Source of the DNA: an uncultured bacterium
GTDB taxonomy: Bacteria > Krumholzibacteriota > Krumholzibacteriia > LZORAL124-64-63
NCBI GenBank assembly: GCA_963732385.1
Contig: CAVSZB010000007.1
Span: 1,504,001 to 1,568,000 of the forward strand
Length of the DNA stretch: 64,000 nt
Direction: 5' to 3'
Of the stretch, positions 42,509 through 53,000 are shown piece after piece. A program made the translations under genes and the position numbers. The notes beneath the pieces were generated by a model. The model made no database searches. It saw only the letters and a list, made by a program, of their open reading frames with translations, and was not told the origin of the DNA. The first letter of the stretch is position 1, and every line of letters begins with the position of its first letter.

Positions 42509-44422
42509 ATGTCATCAAAAGCGACGGAGCGCGCCGGGAAACCCGCCAGGAAGCGGGCCCCGTCATCCCCCAGCAAGTCCCGCCAGACCGCCGCGCCGCG
42601 CCGGGAGCGCGCGCGTGGGCCGGCCACGGCACAGGATCTTGCGCTCCGGCAGCGCGAAATTTCCATCAGCGAGTTCTTCACCAAGAACCGCCATCTGCTC
42701 GGTTTCGATTCCCCCGCCAAGGCGCTTCTGACCGCCACCAAGGAGGCCGTCGACAATTCGCTCGACGCCTGCGAGGAGGCCGGAATCCTGCCCGACGTGC
42801 GGGTCGAGATCACCGCGCTCGGCGACGGCAACGGTGGCGACATCGGCGGAGGCGCCGGGAGTGGCGGCAGCGCCGGCACGGCAGCGAAGGCGGCCGGCAG
42901 CGCCCGCGCCGCTCAGGTGGCCCTCAGCCTCGACGCGGACGACGACGAATTACCTGGCCCGCGTGGCGCCGGGGCCGGGGCCGGGGCCGGCAACGGCGGT
43001 GGCGCAGCCGGCAACAGCGGGCGCACAGGGCGCAGCGGCAGCGGCAGCGGCAGCGGCGCGCCGGGCGGAGTCGCGCGCGAGGAGCGGTTCCGGCTCGCCA
43101 TCGAGGACAACGGGCCGGGCATCGTGCGCGAGCAGATCCCGCGGATCTTCGGAAAACTGCTCTACGGCTCGAAGTTCCACAGCCTCAAGCAGAGCCGCGG
43201 GCAGCAGGGGATCGGGATCTCGGCGGCCGGGATGTACGGCCAGCTCACGACCGGCAAGCCGGTCATCATCATCAGCCGAACCGGAGAGAAACAGCCGGCG
43301 CACCGCTGCGAACTGGTCCTCGACATGAAGAAGAACGAGCCGGTCCTCCTGACCGACCAGGTCGTGGAGTGGGGCCCGGCGCACGGCACCCGCGTGGAGA
43401 TCGAACTGACCGGTTCCTACAAGCGCGGGCAGCACTCCGTCGACACCTATCTGCAGCAGACGGCGGTGGCCAACCCGCACGTCTGCCTGACCTACCGCTC
43501 GCCTCGCGGCGAGGAGACGACCTGGCCGCGCGCGGCGGACACGCTGCCGCCCGAAGCAACGGAGATCCAGCCGCACCCGCACGGGGTGGAGCTCGGGCTG
43601 TTGATGCGGATGCTCAAGGAGACGCGCAGCCGCAACCTGGCCGCGTTCCTGAAGCAGGAGTTCTGCCGCGTCGGGCCCAAGACCGCCGACACGATCCTCG
43701 CCACGGCGAAGCTGCCGCCAGGCCGCAGTCCGCGGCACATGGGCCAGGAAGAGGTGCAGCGGCTGCTCGACGCCATCGCCGGCACGCGCATCCCGGCGCC
43801 GCCCACCGACTGTCTCTCGCCGATCGGCGAGAAGCTGATTCTGGCGGCGCTGCAACAACGCTTCCCGGCCGATTTCCACACCGCCGTCACGCGACCTCCG
43901 GCCGTCTACCGCGGCAACCCGTTCCAGATCGAGGTGGGGATCGCCTACGGTGGCTCGCTGCCGGCCGACGAACTGGCGCAGGTGATGCGCTTCGCCAACC
44001 GGGTGCCACTGCTCTACCAGGCTTCGGGTTGCGTGATCAGCAAGTCCGTGCTGGGCACCAACTGGCGATCGTACGGGCTGCAGCAGAGCCGCGGCGCGCC
44101 GCCGACCGGACCGCTCGTGGTCTTCGTGCACATGGCGTCGGTGTGGGTGCCGTTCACCTCCGAGAGCAAGGAGGCGGTGGCCGGCTATCCGGAGATCGTG
44201 CGGGAGGTGCGACTCGCGCTGCAGGAGGCGGGGCGACAGCTGCAGCGACACGTCCGCCGCCAGGTGCGCGAGCGCGACGCCTGGAAGAAGCAGAGCTACA
44301 TCCAGAAGTACATCCCGCACATCGGCGAGGCGCTGCAGGAGATCCTGGCGTTGCAGGATCCCGAGAAGCTCGAAATCGTCGCGACGCTCACCGACACGCT
44401 CGAGCGTAGCCGGAAAATCTGA
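42509..44422 (+). CDS. top6B: DNA topoisomerase VI subunit B
   Basis: ISISEFF.KN, KEAVDNSLDACEE, EDNGPGI, GKLLYGSKFH..QSRGQQGIGISAA, H2TH (VGPKTA), RFANRVPLL, VPFTSESKE. Confidence 0.95.
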   Translation: MSSKATERAGKPARKRAPSSPSKSRQTAAPRRERARGPATAQDLALRQREISISEFFTKNRHLLGFDSPAKALLTATKEAVDNSLDACEEAGILPDVRVEITALGDGNGGDIGGGAGSGGSAGTAAKAAGSARAAQVALSLDADDDELPGPRGAGAGAGAGNGGGAAGNSGRTGRSGSGSGSGAPGGVAREERFRLAIEDNGPGIVREQIPRIFGKLLYGSKFHSLKQSRGQQGIGISAAGMYGQLTTGKPVIIISRTGEKQPAHRCELVLDMKKNEPVLLTDQVVEWGPAHGTRVEIELTGSYKRGQHSVDTYLQQTAVANPHVCLTYRSPRGEETTWPRAADTLPPEATEIQPHPHGVELGLLMRMLKETRSRNLAAFLKQEFCRVGPKTADTILATAKLPPGRSPRHMGQEEVQRLLDAIAGTRIPAPPTDCLSPIGEKLILAALQQRFPADFHTAVTRPPAVYRGNPFQIEVGIAYGGSLPADELAQVMRFANRVPLLYQASGCVISKSVLGTNWRSYGLQQSRGAPPTGPLVVFVHMASVWVPFTSESKEAVAGYPEIVREVRLALQEAGRQLQRHVRRQVRERDAWKKQSYIQKYIPHIGEALQEILALQDPEKLEIVATLTDTLERSRKI

Positions 44423-44450
44423 ACCGGGGGCGGCCCGGTTTTCCCGCGAG

Positions 44451-45980
44451 GTGACCGTGAACACGGAATACGCACGTTTTCTGCTGCTCGCGCGCGAGAT
44501 CCGCGACCTTGGCGCCACCGGCGCCCTGCTCGCCTGGGACCAGGAGGTGCTGCTCCCGCCGAAGGGGCTGGCGGCGCGGGCGCGCCACCGCGCGGCGCTG
44601 GCGGGGGTCGTCCACGAGAAGATGTGCGCGCCGATGTATGGCGAGCTGGTGGACGACCTGGCGGCCTCTGGCGAGTTCGGCGGGCTCGGCGGCCAGGCCG
44701 ACCACGCCGCGACCGCGGTGCGCGAGGCCAAACGCGACCGCGACCGCGCCGTGAAGATCCCTCACGCGCTCGTCACCGAGCTGGCCGAGGCGACGAGCCT
44801 CTCGCAGCAGGCGTGGCAGGAGGCCCGCGCGCGCGACGACTGGCCGGCGTTCGCCCCCCACCTCGCGCGGCTCGTCGCGCTGAAGCGGCGGGAGGCGGCG
44901 GCCGTCGGACATGAGGGGGAGCCATACAACGCGCTCCTCGACGAATTCGAGCCGGGCGCGCGGGTGGAGGCGCTGGCGCCGCTGCTGAGCGGCCTGGCGG
45001 CGGAGATCGTGCCGCTGATCACCGCCATCGGCGAGGCGCGGGCGCGCGCGGCCGAAGATCCCGGCGCGCTGCTGCGCGGCGATTTCGACGTGGTCCGGCA
45101 GGAACAGTTCTCGCGCGAAGTGCTGGCCGGCATGGGCTTCGACCTGACCGCGGGGCGTCTCGACGTCTCGACGCACCCGTTCACCTCCGGCACCGGACCG
45201 GGCGACGTCCGTCTCACCACCCGCTACGACCCTTGTGATCTGCGGGTCGGCCTCTACGCCACGATCCACGAGGGCGGACACGGGCTTTACGAACAGGGCA
45301 TCCCCGCCGAGTTCGAGGGGACGCCGCTGGGGGACTGCGCGAGCCTGGGCATCCATGAATCGCAGTCGCGTCTGTGGGAGAACTTCGTCGGCCGCAGCCT
45401 CGCCTTCTGGGAGCACTGGGCGCTTCGCGCGCGGGAGCTGTTCCCCGAGCGCCTCGGCCGCGCCACGCCCGAGGCGCTGCACCGCGCGGTGAACGAGGTG
45501 CGACCGTCGCTCATCCGCATCGAAGCCGACGAGGCCACCTACAACCTGCACATCGCGCTGCGGCTGGAGCTGGAGCGGGCGCTGCTGGCGGGCGAGATCG
45601 AGACGGCCGACCTGCCGGCGCTCTGGAACGCGCGCCTGCAGTCGATCCTGGGCCTCACGCCGGCCACGAACCGCGAGGGGGTCCTGCAGGACATCCACTG
45701 GGCCTGCGGACTGTTCGGATACTTCCCCACCTACACCCTCGGCAACCTGTACGCCGCGCAATTGCGCGAGGCGGCCGCCGCGGCGCTCGGCGATCTCGAC
45801 GCCCTGATCGCCCGGGGCGACACGGCGCCGCTGCTGGCCTGGCTGCGCGCGAACATCCACGCGCGGGGACGCCTGCTGCGCGCCGGCGCGCTCTGCCGGG
45901 AGGCGACCGGCCGGGATCTCGAAACCGCGCCGTTCGTGCGCTATCTGAAGGGCAAGTTCGGAGCCTTGTACGGGGTCTGA
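44451..45980 (+). CDS. Carboxypeptidase M32 (Taq family)
   Basis: LLAWDQE, HPF, DVRLTTRY, HEGGH (HExxH), HESQSRLWEN, IRIEADE, GVLQDIHW, GYFPTY. Confidence 0.95.
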   Translation: MTVNTEYARFLLLAREIRDLGATGALLAWDQEVLLPPKGLAARARHRAALAGVVHEKMCAPMYGELVDDLAASGEFGGLGGQADHAATAVREAKRDRDRAVKIPHALVTELAEATSLSQQAWQEARARDDWPAFAPHLARLVALKRREAAAVGHEGEPYNALLDEFEPGARVEALAPLLSGLAAEIVPLITAIGEARARAAEDPGALLRGDFDVVRQEQFSREVLAGMGFDLTAGRLDVSTHPFTSGTGPGDVRLTTRYDPCDLRVGLYATIHEGGHGLYEQGIPAEFEGTPLGDCASLGIHESQSRLWENFVGRSLAFWEHWALRARELFPERLGRATPEALHRAVNEVRPSLIRIEADEATYNLHIALRLELERALLAGEIETADLPALWNARLQSILGLTPATNREGVLQDIHWACGLFGYFPTYTLGNLYAAQLREAAAAALGDLDALIARGDTAPLLAWLRANIHARGRLLRAGALCREATGRDLETAPFVRYLKGKFGALYGV

Positions 45981-46000
45981 CCGGAGGAAGCGGAGGGGTC

Positions 46001-47359
46001 GTGGGCGACCTGAGCGAGCGCGAGCGCCACGGGAGAAGCATCGTGAAGAAGAAGACCACGCAGGCGAAAATCGACGACCGGCTGAAGGGCGCCACGGCCG
46101 GCGCCGAGGCCCAGCCGGAACTGGACTTCGTGCGGAAACGGGTCGTGCCGGCCATATCGGCGCCGCCGGTTCCGCCAATCCAGCCGGCGGCGCGAGGACG
46201 CCGGGCGATCGCCGCACCGACACCCGGCGTGGCGCGCGCGGGGGCCGCGAAGGTTCCCGGTCGCGCCCCCGTCGGCGGGCCCGCGCTGGTGGCGCGCATC
46301 CGTACGCAGGCTTCGGGCATCCGGCAGACGATTCTCAAAGGCGACAAGCCGTCGCTCAAGTTCCCGCTGCGCAGCCTGCAGAACGTGCGTTACCTGCCGT
46401 CGGCCGGTTTCTTCGAACTGAAGGGGCGGCTCAAGGAGCGCACGCTGACGGTCAGCACGGTCAAAACCTTCGCGCAGACGCTCAAGATGATGGCCCTGTC
46501 GAAGGAGCTGGTCGAAACCGACGACATCGCCACCAAGAGGGAAGCCTACTACGTCAGCAAGAACTGGGCGGACGCGCGCTTCACGGAGCAGCCGGAGTCC
46601 GACGCGGTGATGGACGACGTGGAGGCGCTGTTCGGCGTCAACCGCGAGCAGCTCGGCTTCATCCCCGAGGAGAAGGGGGGCGAGGTGGCCGGCCGCCTCG
46701 TCGTGATCGACCGCGACCGCGACACGGACGAGATCCTGCGCATCGACTGCACGAAGTTCGGCAGCGGCGCCTACTCGATCCCGATCTCGGTCGAGCGGCT
46801 CGGCTTCGAAACGGACGCGAAGTTCATCCTCTGCATCGAGACGGCCGGCATGTTCCAGCGCCTGGTCAAGCACAACTACTGGAAGACGGCCGACTGTATC
46901 CTCATCTCGCTCGGCGGGGTCCCGACCCGTGCGTGCCGCCGCTTCGTGCGCCGGCTGGCCGACGAGAAGAAGCTGCCGGTCTACGTCTTCGTCGACGGCG
47001 ACCCCTACGGCTTCTCGAACATCTACCGCACGCTCAAGGTCGGCAGCGGCAACGCCGCGCACCTGAACGAATTCTTCTGCGTGCCGCAGGCGAGTTTTCT
47101 CGGCATCACGCCGCAGGACATCGTCGAGTACGAACTGCCGACACACCCGCTGAAGGACGTCGACATCAAGCGCGCGAAGGATGCCCTGAAGAACGACCCC
47201 TTCGTCCTCCACCACAAGCCGTGGCAGCACGCGCTGCAGCAGATGATCAGGATGGGGGTCCGCGCCGAGCAACAGGCGCTCGCCAAGCACGGCCTCAACT
47301 ACGTGATGGACGAGTACCTGCCGCAGAAGCTGAAGAAAACGGCGTCGTTCCTGCCGTAG
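46001..47359 (+). CDS. top6A: DNA topoisomerase VI subunit A (Spo11-like)
   Basis: GTG 46001 after GGAGG (alternative start 46043); TKREAYY (catalytic Tyr), EQPESD..DDVE, TOPRIM CIET and VDGDPYG, RAEQQAL. Confidence 0.93.
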   Translation: MGDLSERERHGRSIVKKKTTQAKIDDRLKGATAGAEAQPELDFVRKRVVPAISAPPVPPIQPAARGRRAIAAPTPGVARAGAAKVPGRAPVGGPALVARIRTQASGIRQTILKGDKPSLKFPLRSLQNVRYLPSAGFFELKGRLKERTLTVSTVKTFAQTLKMMALSKELVETDDIATKREAYYVSKNWADARFTEQPESDAVMDDVEALFGVNREQLGFIPEEKGGEVAGRLVVIDRDRDTDEILRIDCTKFGSGAYSIPISVERLGFETDAKFILCIETAGMFQRLVKHNYWKTADCILISLGGVPTRACRRFVRRLADEKKLPVYVFVDGDPYGFSNIYRTLKVGSGNAAHLNEFFCVPQASFLGITPQDIVEYELPTHPLKDVDIKRAKDALKNDPFVLHHKPWQHALQQMIRMGVRAEQQALAKHGLNYVMDEYLPQKLKKTASFLP

Positions 47360-47387
47360 CCGTCAGCCCGAATCGCAAAGGAGTCCC

Positions 47388-48032
47388 GTGCGTTTCATCC
47401 TGGTCTGCCCGCGAACCGTGTTGTTCCCCGGACTCAGCCCCCAGGGCTTCCTGCCGCGCGGCGCGCTCGATCTGGACGCGCTGGCGGCGCGCTGTTTCTT
47501 CGCCGAGCGCGAGGTGATGGAACGCTGCTCGCACTTCAAGCAGATCATCCCATACCTCGTCCTCACCCGCGGCGATCGCGTTCTGGCCTACCAGCGCCGG
47601 GGGGACCACACGGAAAAGCGCCTCGGCGGGCTCTGGTCGCTCGGCTTCGGAGGTCACATCGAACCGCTCGACCGCGCCGAGTCCGGGGTGGCCACGCTCG
47701 GCCTGGTGCGCGCCGCCGCGCTGCGCGAACTGACCGAGGAGACCGGTCTGGCCGTGCCGCCCGCCAGTCTCGTGGCGGCGGGCTTCATCAACTCGGACCG
47801 CGAGGATGTGTCGAGCGTGCACCTGGGCGTGGTGTACCGCGTCGATCTCGGCGCGCTGCCCGACGACGACGACGCCATCGCGGCCACCGTGACCGCGCAG
47901 GCGGAGCCGCATCAGGTCCGCTGGCTGCCGGCCGCAGGGCTGGCGTCGCAGATCGGCCCCGGGCGCGCGCCCGACGACGGCACGTTCGAGGACTGGTCGC
48001 GCATCGTGGTCGAGGGGCTGTTTACGCGCTGA
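47388..48032 (+). CDS. NUDIX-family hydrolase (predicted phosphoesterase)
   Basis: KQIIPY, EKRL..WSLGFGGHI, LRELTEETGL, VHLG, EDWS. Confidence 0.85.
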   Translation: MRFILVCPRTVLFPGLSPQGFLPRGALDLDALAARCFFAEREVMERCSHFKQIIPYLVLTRGDRVLAYQRRGDHTEKRLGGLWSLGFGGHIEPLDRAESGVATLGLVRAAALRELTEETGLAVPPASLVAAGFINSDREDVSSVHLGVVYRVDLGALPDDDDAIAATVTAQAEPHQVRWLPAAGLASQIGPGRAPDDGTFEDWSRIVVEGLFTR

Positions 48033-48618
48033 CGCCGACCAGCCGGTTCACGAGCGCGAGGCCCCGGTGGGCGTTGGATTCGTCCAGCCGGACTTCGTGC
48101 TCGACGGCCGTCGACCAGACCAGGCCGGCGAAATCGGCCTGCAGGTCGCGCAGGTCGTGCAGCAGCTCCGGCTGCTGCGGGCCGCCCGAGCCGCGTCCAA
48201 GCTGCCCCTTCGCGAACGACTCGAGGATCAGCGTGCCGCCGGGTCGCAGGGCCGCCACCACCCGTGCGTGGACGGTTCGGCGAACGTCGGGCGGCAGATG
48301 CAGGTAGATCAGAGCCGCGAAATCGAACGGCCGGTCGTCCCACGGCACGACCGTGACGTCGCCCAGCAGGTAGGTCAGCGCCACTCCCCGCTCGCGCGCC
48401 AGGCGGAGCGCCTTGTCGCGGCCGACGGCGCTGGCGTCCACCGCCAGCACCTCATGGCCAAGACGGGCGGCGTGAACCGCGTTGCGCCCCTCCCCCTCGC
48501 CCAGGAACAGACCGCGGCCGCGTGACAGCCGGGGCAGCTCCGCGGCCAGGAACTCATTCGGTTCCGTGCCGTAAAAATACTCTTCCCCGGCGAAGCGCTC
48601 ATCCCAGGTGGGGCACAT
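48022..48618 (-). CDS. Class I SAM-dependent methyltransferase
   Basis: WDERF..YGTEPN, LGEGEGRNA, LRPGG.LILE. Confidence 0.88.
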   Translation of the reverse strand: MCPTWDERFAGEEYFYGTEPNEFLAAELPRLSRGRGLFLGEGEGRNAVHAARLGHEVLAVDASAVGRDKALRLARERGVALTYLLGDVTVVPWDDRPFDFAALIYLHLPPDVRRTVHARVVAALRPGGTLILESFAKGQLGRGSGGPQQPELLHDLRDLQADFAGLVWSTAVEHEVRLDESNAHRGLALVNRLVGVSA

Positions 48619-48793
48619 GCGGACAACATCGGGCCGACCGGCGGTAGCGGCAAGCCGGCCCGCCCGCGCCCCTGGTCGCCTGGGAACAGGGACGCGGTTC
48701 TGTCCGGCGTCGCTTGCGGGAGGGTCCCCCGGGCGCTAACATGACTGTTGCCGATATGCAAGATATGTTGACAGAATAGAAAGAGAGAGCGAA

Positions 48794-49261
48794 ATGGCAT
48801 TCTTCTTCGGTCTGCTGGTCGGAGGTGCGCTTACGGCGTTCGTTTTCGTGACCCTCCTGCGCGAACGGATGCTCGCGGTCACGCCGAGCCGCTTCGCCAC
48901 GGTCGAGGAGACCGTGACCGCGCTCGAACAGGGAATCGCCGCCGCCGACGGCTGGAGCAGTCCCGGCATCCGCGATCTGAACGGCATGTTGGCGAAGCAC
49001 GGCGTGACCTTCGCGCCGAAGGTGCGCCTGGTCGAGATGTGCAAGGCGCGCTACGCGGCCGAGGTCCTGCAGGACGCCCGCGCGATGGCCACGCTGATGC
49101 CGTGCGCGCTGGCCGTCTACGCGGACGACGCCGGCAAGGTGTGGATCTCGCGGCTGAACAGCGGCCTGATGGCGAAGATGTTCGGCGGCACGGTCGCCCG
49201 CGTGATGGGCGGCGGGGTGGCGGTCGAGGAGGAGCGGATCCTCCACGCGCTGAAGGGCTGA
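48794..49261 (+). CDS. DUF302 domain protein with N-terminal TM
   Basis: GW...DL, VEMC, LMPCALAVY..G.V.ISRLN. Confidence 0.82.
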   Translation: MAFFFGLLVGGALTAFVFVTLLRERMLAVTPSRFATVEETVTALEQGIAAADGWSSPGIRDLNGMLAKHGVTFAPKVRLVEMCKARYAAEVLQDARAMATLMPCALAVYADDAGKVWISRLNSGLMAKMFGGTVARVMGGGVAVEEERILHALKG

Positions 49262-49330
49262 CGAACGCCGCGACCGGCGTCCCGGTGGAGCCGGTCGCGG
49301 CACAAGGTCAGACGGCCCGGAAGGTCAGCG

Positions 49331-49921
49331 CTACGGCTGCAGGTTTGCCTCGACCTCCAGCATGAGCGTGATCTCTTCGCCCACAACCACGCCGCCGGTC
49401 TCGAGGGCCTTGTTCCAGGTCAGGCCGAAGTCGGTGCGGTTGAGCTTGCCGGTCGCGGTGAAGCCGGCCTTCGTGGTCCCCCACGGGTCCTTGATCATGC
49501 CGTTGGCCTCGAGGTTCAGCGTGACCGGCTTCGTCACGCCGTGCATGGTCAGATCGCCCGTCAGCAGGTAAGTGCCGTCCTTGTTCGCCGTCACGCCGGT
49601 CGACTTGAAGGTCAGCGTGGGGTGAGTGGCGACGTCGAAGAAGTCGGCGCTGCGCAGGTGGTCGTCACGCTTGGAATCGCCGGTGTCGATCGACGTGGCC
49701 TGGATCGTGGCCTCGACCTGCCAGCTCTTTGGATCGGCGGGATCGTAGACCACGGTCCCGGCGAAATCGTTGAACGATCCCCTCACGTTCGAAACCATCA
49801 GGTGCTTCACCTTGAAGCCGACGCCGGAGTGCGCCCGGTCGATGGTGAACGTGGCGGCGACGGCCGGCGCCGCCAGGGTGGCGCAGACCATCAGGCCAAG
49901 GGCGAACAGGATTTTTTTCAT
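49331..49921 (-). CDS. yceI: YceI family periplasmic polyisoprenoid-binding protein
   Basis: Signal peptide; IDRAHS.VGF.VKH, RDDHLRSADFFD, GDLTMHGVTKPV, NRTDFG. Confidence 0.93.
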   Translation of the reverse strand: MKKILFALGLMVCATLAAPAVAATFTIDRAHSGVGFKVKHLMVSNVRGSFNDFAGTVVYDPADPKSWQVEATIQATSIDTGDSKRDDHLRSADFFDVATHPTLTFKSTGVTANKDGTYLLTGDLTMHGVTKPVTLNLEANGMIKDPWGTTKAGFTATGKLNRTDFGLTWNKALETGGVVVGEEITLMLEVEANLQP

Positions 49922-50050
49922 CGTACGTCCTCCTCGTGCGGTAAGTCGGCAATATAATGAAATTCGTTTTCGCCGCCGCCAGGGCCCGCGCGGACGCTGC
50001 CGCCAGGGGAGACAACCCCTTGGGCGGCAAGCGTCTGCATGTAGAAGACT

Positions 50051-53000
50051 TTAGCGCACCAAGGCCAGCTTGCGCGCCACGATCCGGCCGCCCGGACCGG
50101 CGAAACGCGCGAGGTAGGTGCCGCTGGCGAGCGGACGGCCGGCGTCGTCGCAACCGTCCCAGAGCATCTCGTGCGGACCGGCCGGCAGTTCGCCGTCGAC
50201 CAGCGTGCGCAGCCGCCTGCCGTCGAGGCCATACACCGCCAGACGCGCGCGGCCGGGCGCCGCGAGCACGAAGCGCAGCACGGTGCGGGGATTGAACGGG
50301 TTCGGATGCCCGGTGAGCGCGGAGATCGACGCCGCGGGCGGGCCGTCGTCAGGCACGTCGGTCACACCGTCGTCGCCCAGAGAGACCGTGACCGCCAGCG
50401 GACGGGGCGAACGGGGATCGTTGCAGGCGAACAGCGCCACGTCGTAGTGCGTCCCGGCCGTCAGCGCCGCGGGATCGAAGATCGCCGTGAAGCGGGCCGA
50501 GTCGCCCGGCGCGATGAGGGCGGTGCGGGGCGAGACCGACAGCCAGGCCGAATTCCAGGTGACGTCGGTGATGCGCAGCGGCAGCGGTCCGTCGTTGTGC
50601 GCCCAGCAGACCTCCGCCGCGGTGTCGGGCAGCAGACCGAGCGCGGCGGGAATGTCGAGACGACCGGCGCCCGTGTCGTTGTCGCGGCCCGCGGGCGCCA
50701 CGTCGAGCGCTCCCCCCTCGAGCGCCGCGGCCAGTTCGACCGGCAAGAGCAGCGGGCGCGCCTGCAGCAGGATCGCGGCGGCTCCGGTCACGAGCGGCGT
50801 GGCCATGCTGGTGCCGGTGTAGGTCGCGTAGCCTGAGACGCCGACCGTGCTCGTGATCGACACGCCTGGAGCGGCGAGATCCGGTTTCACGAGGCCGGGC
50901 GGATAGGGGTAGTCGCCGTAGGCGGGCGGGTCGATCAGGCTCCAGGCGGTGGGGCCGCGGCTCGAGGTGGCGCCGACCGCGTCGTACTGGTCGGTGGCCC
51001 CCACGGTGATCACCGCGGTGTGGCCCCCGGCGCCGTAAGCGGGGTTGGGGCAGTCGCCCGGCGCGGCGATGTCCCGTGGCAGCGGCAGGTGTCCGCCCGC
51101 GTTGTCGCCGTTGCCGGCGGCACAGAGCCAGGGCACGCCGACCGCCAGCAGAGCCTCGGCCGTACCGCGCAGCGAAGCGCGCAGGTCGGATGTGGGATCG
51201 GCCCACCCCGCCGACATCGTCAGCACGTCGACCCCGTGGTCGAGGCCGAACTGCAGCGCATCCACGAGGTCCTGGTAGTAGCCGGGAACGCAGCGCAGCG
51301 CCATCAGGCGGGCGCCGGGCGCCGCGCCGGTGGTCGTGCCGCCAGTGCCGTCGCCGACGATCAGGCCGGCCGTGTGCGTGCCGTGCCAGTACGTCGCGTC
51401 GCCGTCGAACGGATCGTTGTCGTCGTCGATGAAATCCCAGCCGTGGTGCGGGAAGGCCGTGCCGCCGTCCCACAGCTGGCCGACCAGGTCGGGATGGCCG
51501 GTGCTGACGCCGGTGTCGAGATGGCCGACGACGACCCCGGTGCCGTCGAGCCCCTGGCTCCAGGCGTCGGTGGCGCCGATCTTCGCGAGGTGCCAGGCGA
51601 GCGCCTTGTCGACGGTGGCCGCGGCGGCAGGAAGCGACGCGCCGGCGGTGAGCGGCACAAGCTGCGTCGGCGTCGGCAGGGGTGCGGCAACGGCGGCGGC
51701 GGCGACGGCGCCCGCAACGCCCGCACCGACGGCCCCGGCAGCCGGGAGAGCCGAAGCACTGTTGAGACGGTCGTCCAGCCAGATCCGCCCCACCTCCGGA
51801 TCGGCGGCCAGCTCGGCGATCGCGTCGGGCGTGGCGCGCAGGGCGATCTGGCCCGAGATCCACAGCTCCTGCGGCGCCATCAGGCGTCCGCTCAGCAGCG
51901 CGATCCGGTGCGCCTTCTCCAGCTTGTCCCGCTTGCGCCAGACGTGCCCCTTGAGCGCGCTGATGACGTCGGCGCGGTGGTCCGCGGAGCGGCCCGGCGC
52001 GGCCAGCAGCACGACCAGCGCCGCGAGATCGACCTGTTCGGCGGGCGTCACGACCACCGGCAGCAGGTCGTCCGGACCGACCGCGGCCACGGCGAACGCC
52101 AGCTCGGCCGATACGACCGGCAGCCAGGCGCGCGTCAGCAGCGGCGGCGCGGCGACGGCCGCCTTCGTCGCCGGCGCCGGCTCCGGAGCCGGGAAGGCGT
52201 GGGTCACCCGCTCAGGGCTCAGGCGCAGCAACGGATCACCGTCGAGGAACCACAGGTTCTCCACCCAGGTATTGTCCGTCTCGTTCTCCTCCGCGACGGC
52301 GTCGAGCGGGTCGAGCACGAGGGCGAGATCGTGCCCGCCGAAAGCGACAACCAGCGGCCAGTCCTCGACCGCGGCGTACGTGGCGGTCGGCAGGCCTCCC
52401 GGCAGCAGCCAGGCGCCGACGATGACGCCATCGAGCGTGAGCCGCGCCACCACGTCCTGCGTGGCGGCGGCCAGACCGTCGTTCCAGAAGGCCAGGCTGA
52501 CCCAGGTCGTGTCGCCGGCGGCGACCGGGCCGAGCGTGCGCCCGCCGCGCGTGTAGGAGGCGGTGAGCGGACCGCTCCACCCCTCCGGCGTAAACGGCGC
52601 CAGGTTGGGCCGGGTGGCGCGGCGGCTGCGGTAGATGTTGAGCCCCTGCGTGGGGTAGTCGCGCTTGTCGGTCCAGATCGCGTGCAGCGTCGGCGCCGTC
52701 CCGGTCGCGGCCGTACCGACCACGCCGGCGGCGGCGCGGAACGAGGGCGAGACCATGCCGGCCGGCTCCACCGGTTCCTGCTCCAGCCAGTTGTCCGGGT
52801 GCCCGCGCCCGCCGGCCAGCCGCGTCACCAGGCCGAACTCATCGCCGTTGGCGGGGGCGTCGAGATAGGCGACCCCCACCACGCCGTCGCGCGTGAAGAT
52901 GGCCGGACCGACGTTCTCGCGCAGGTCGGCCGCGATCTCGTAGGGACCGTAGACCGACGTCAGCCCGTCCCAGGAGAAGGCGTAGATGATGTCGCCATCG

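Noticed and set aside
45374..46000. N-terminal extension of Top6A (661-aa ORF), or an M32-Top6A fusion
   Set aside because: Overlaps M32 in a different frame; M32 has its own stop at 45980 and an RBS precedes GTG 46001
42509..47359. GHKL + TOPRIM genes as a defence system (Wadjet JetD, Topo VIII or MORC-like)
   Set aside because: Motifs match canonical two-subunit Topo VI including H2TH and transducer; no SMC/Jet or restriction genes nearby
48640..48648. GGCGGTAG ops-like element
   Set aside because: Not upstream of the polysaccharide operon; expected by chance at this GC content
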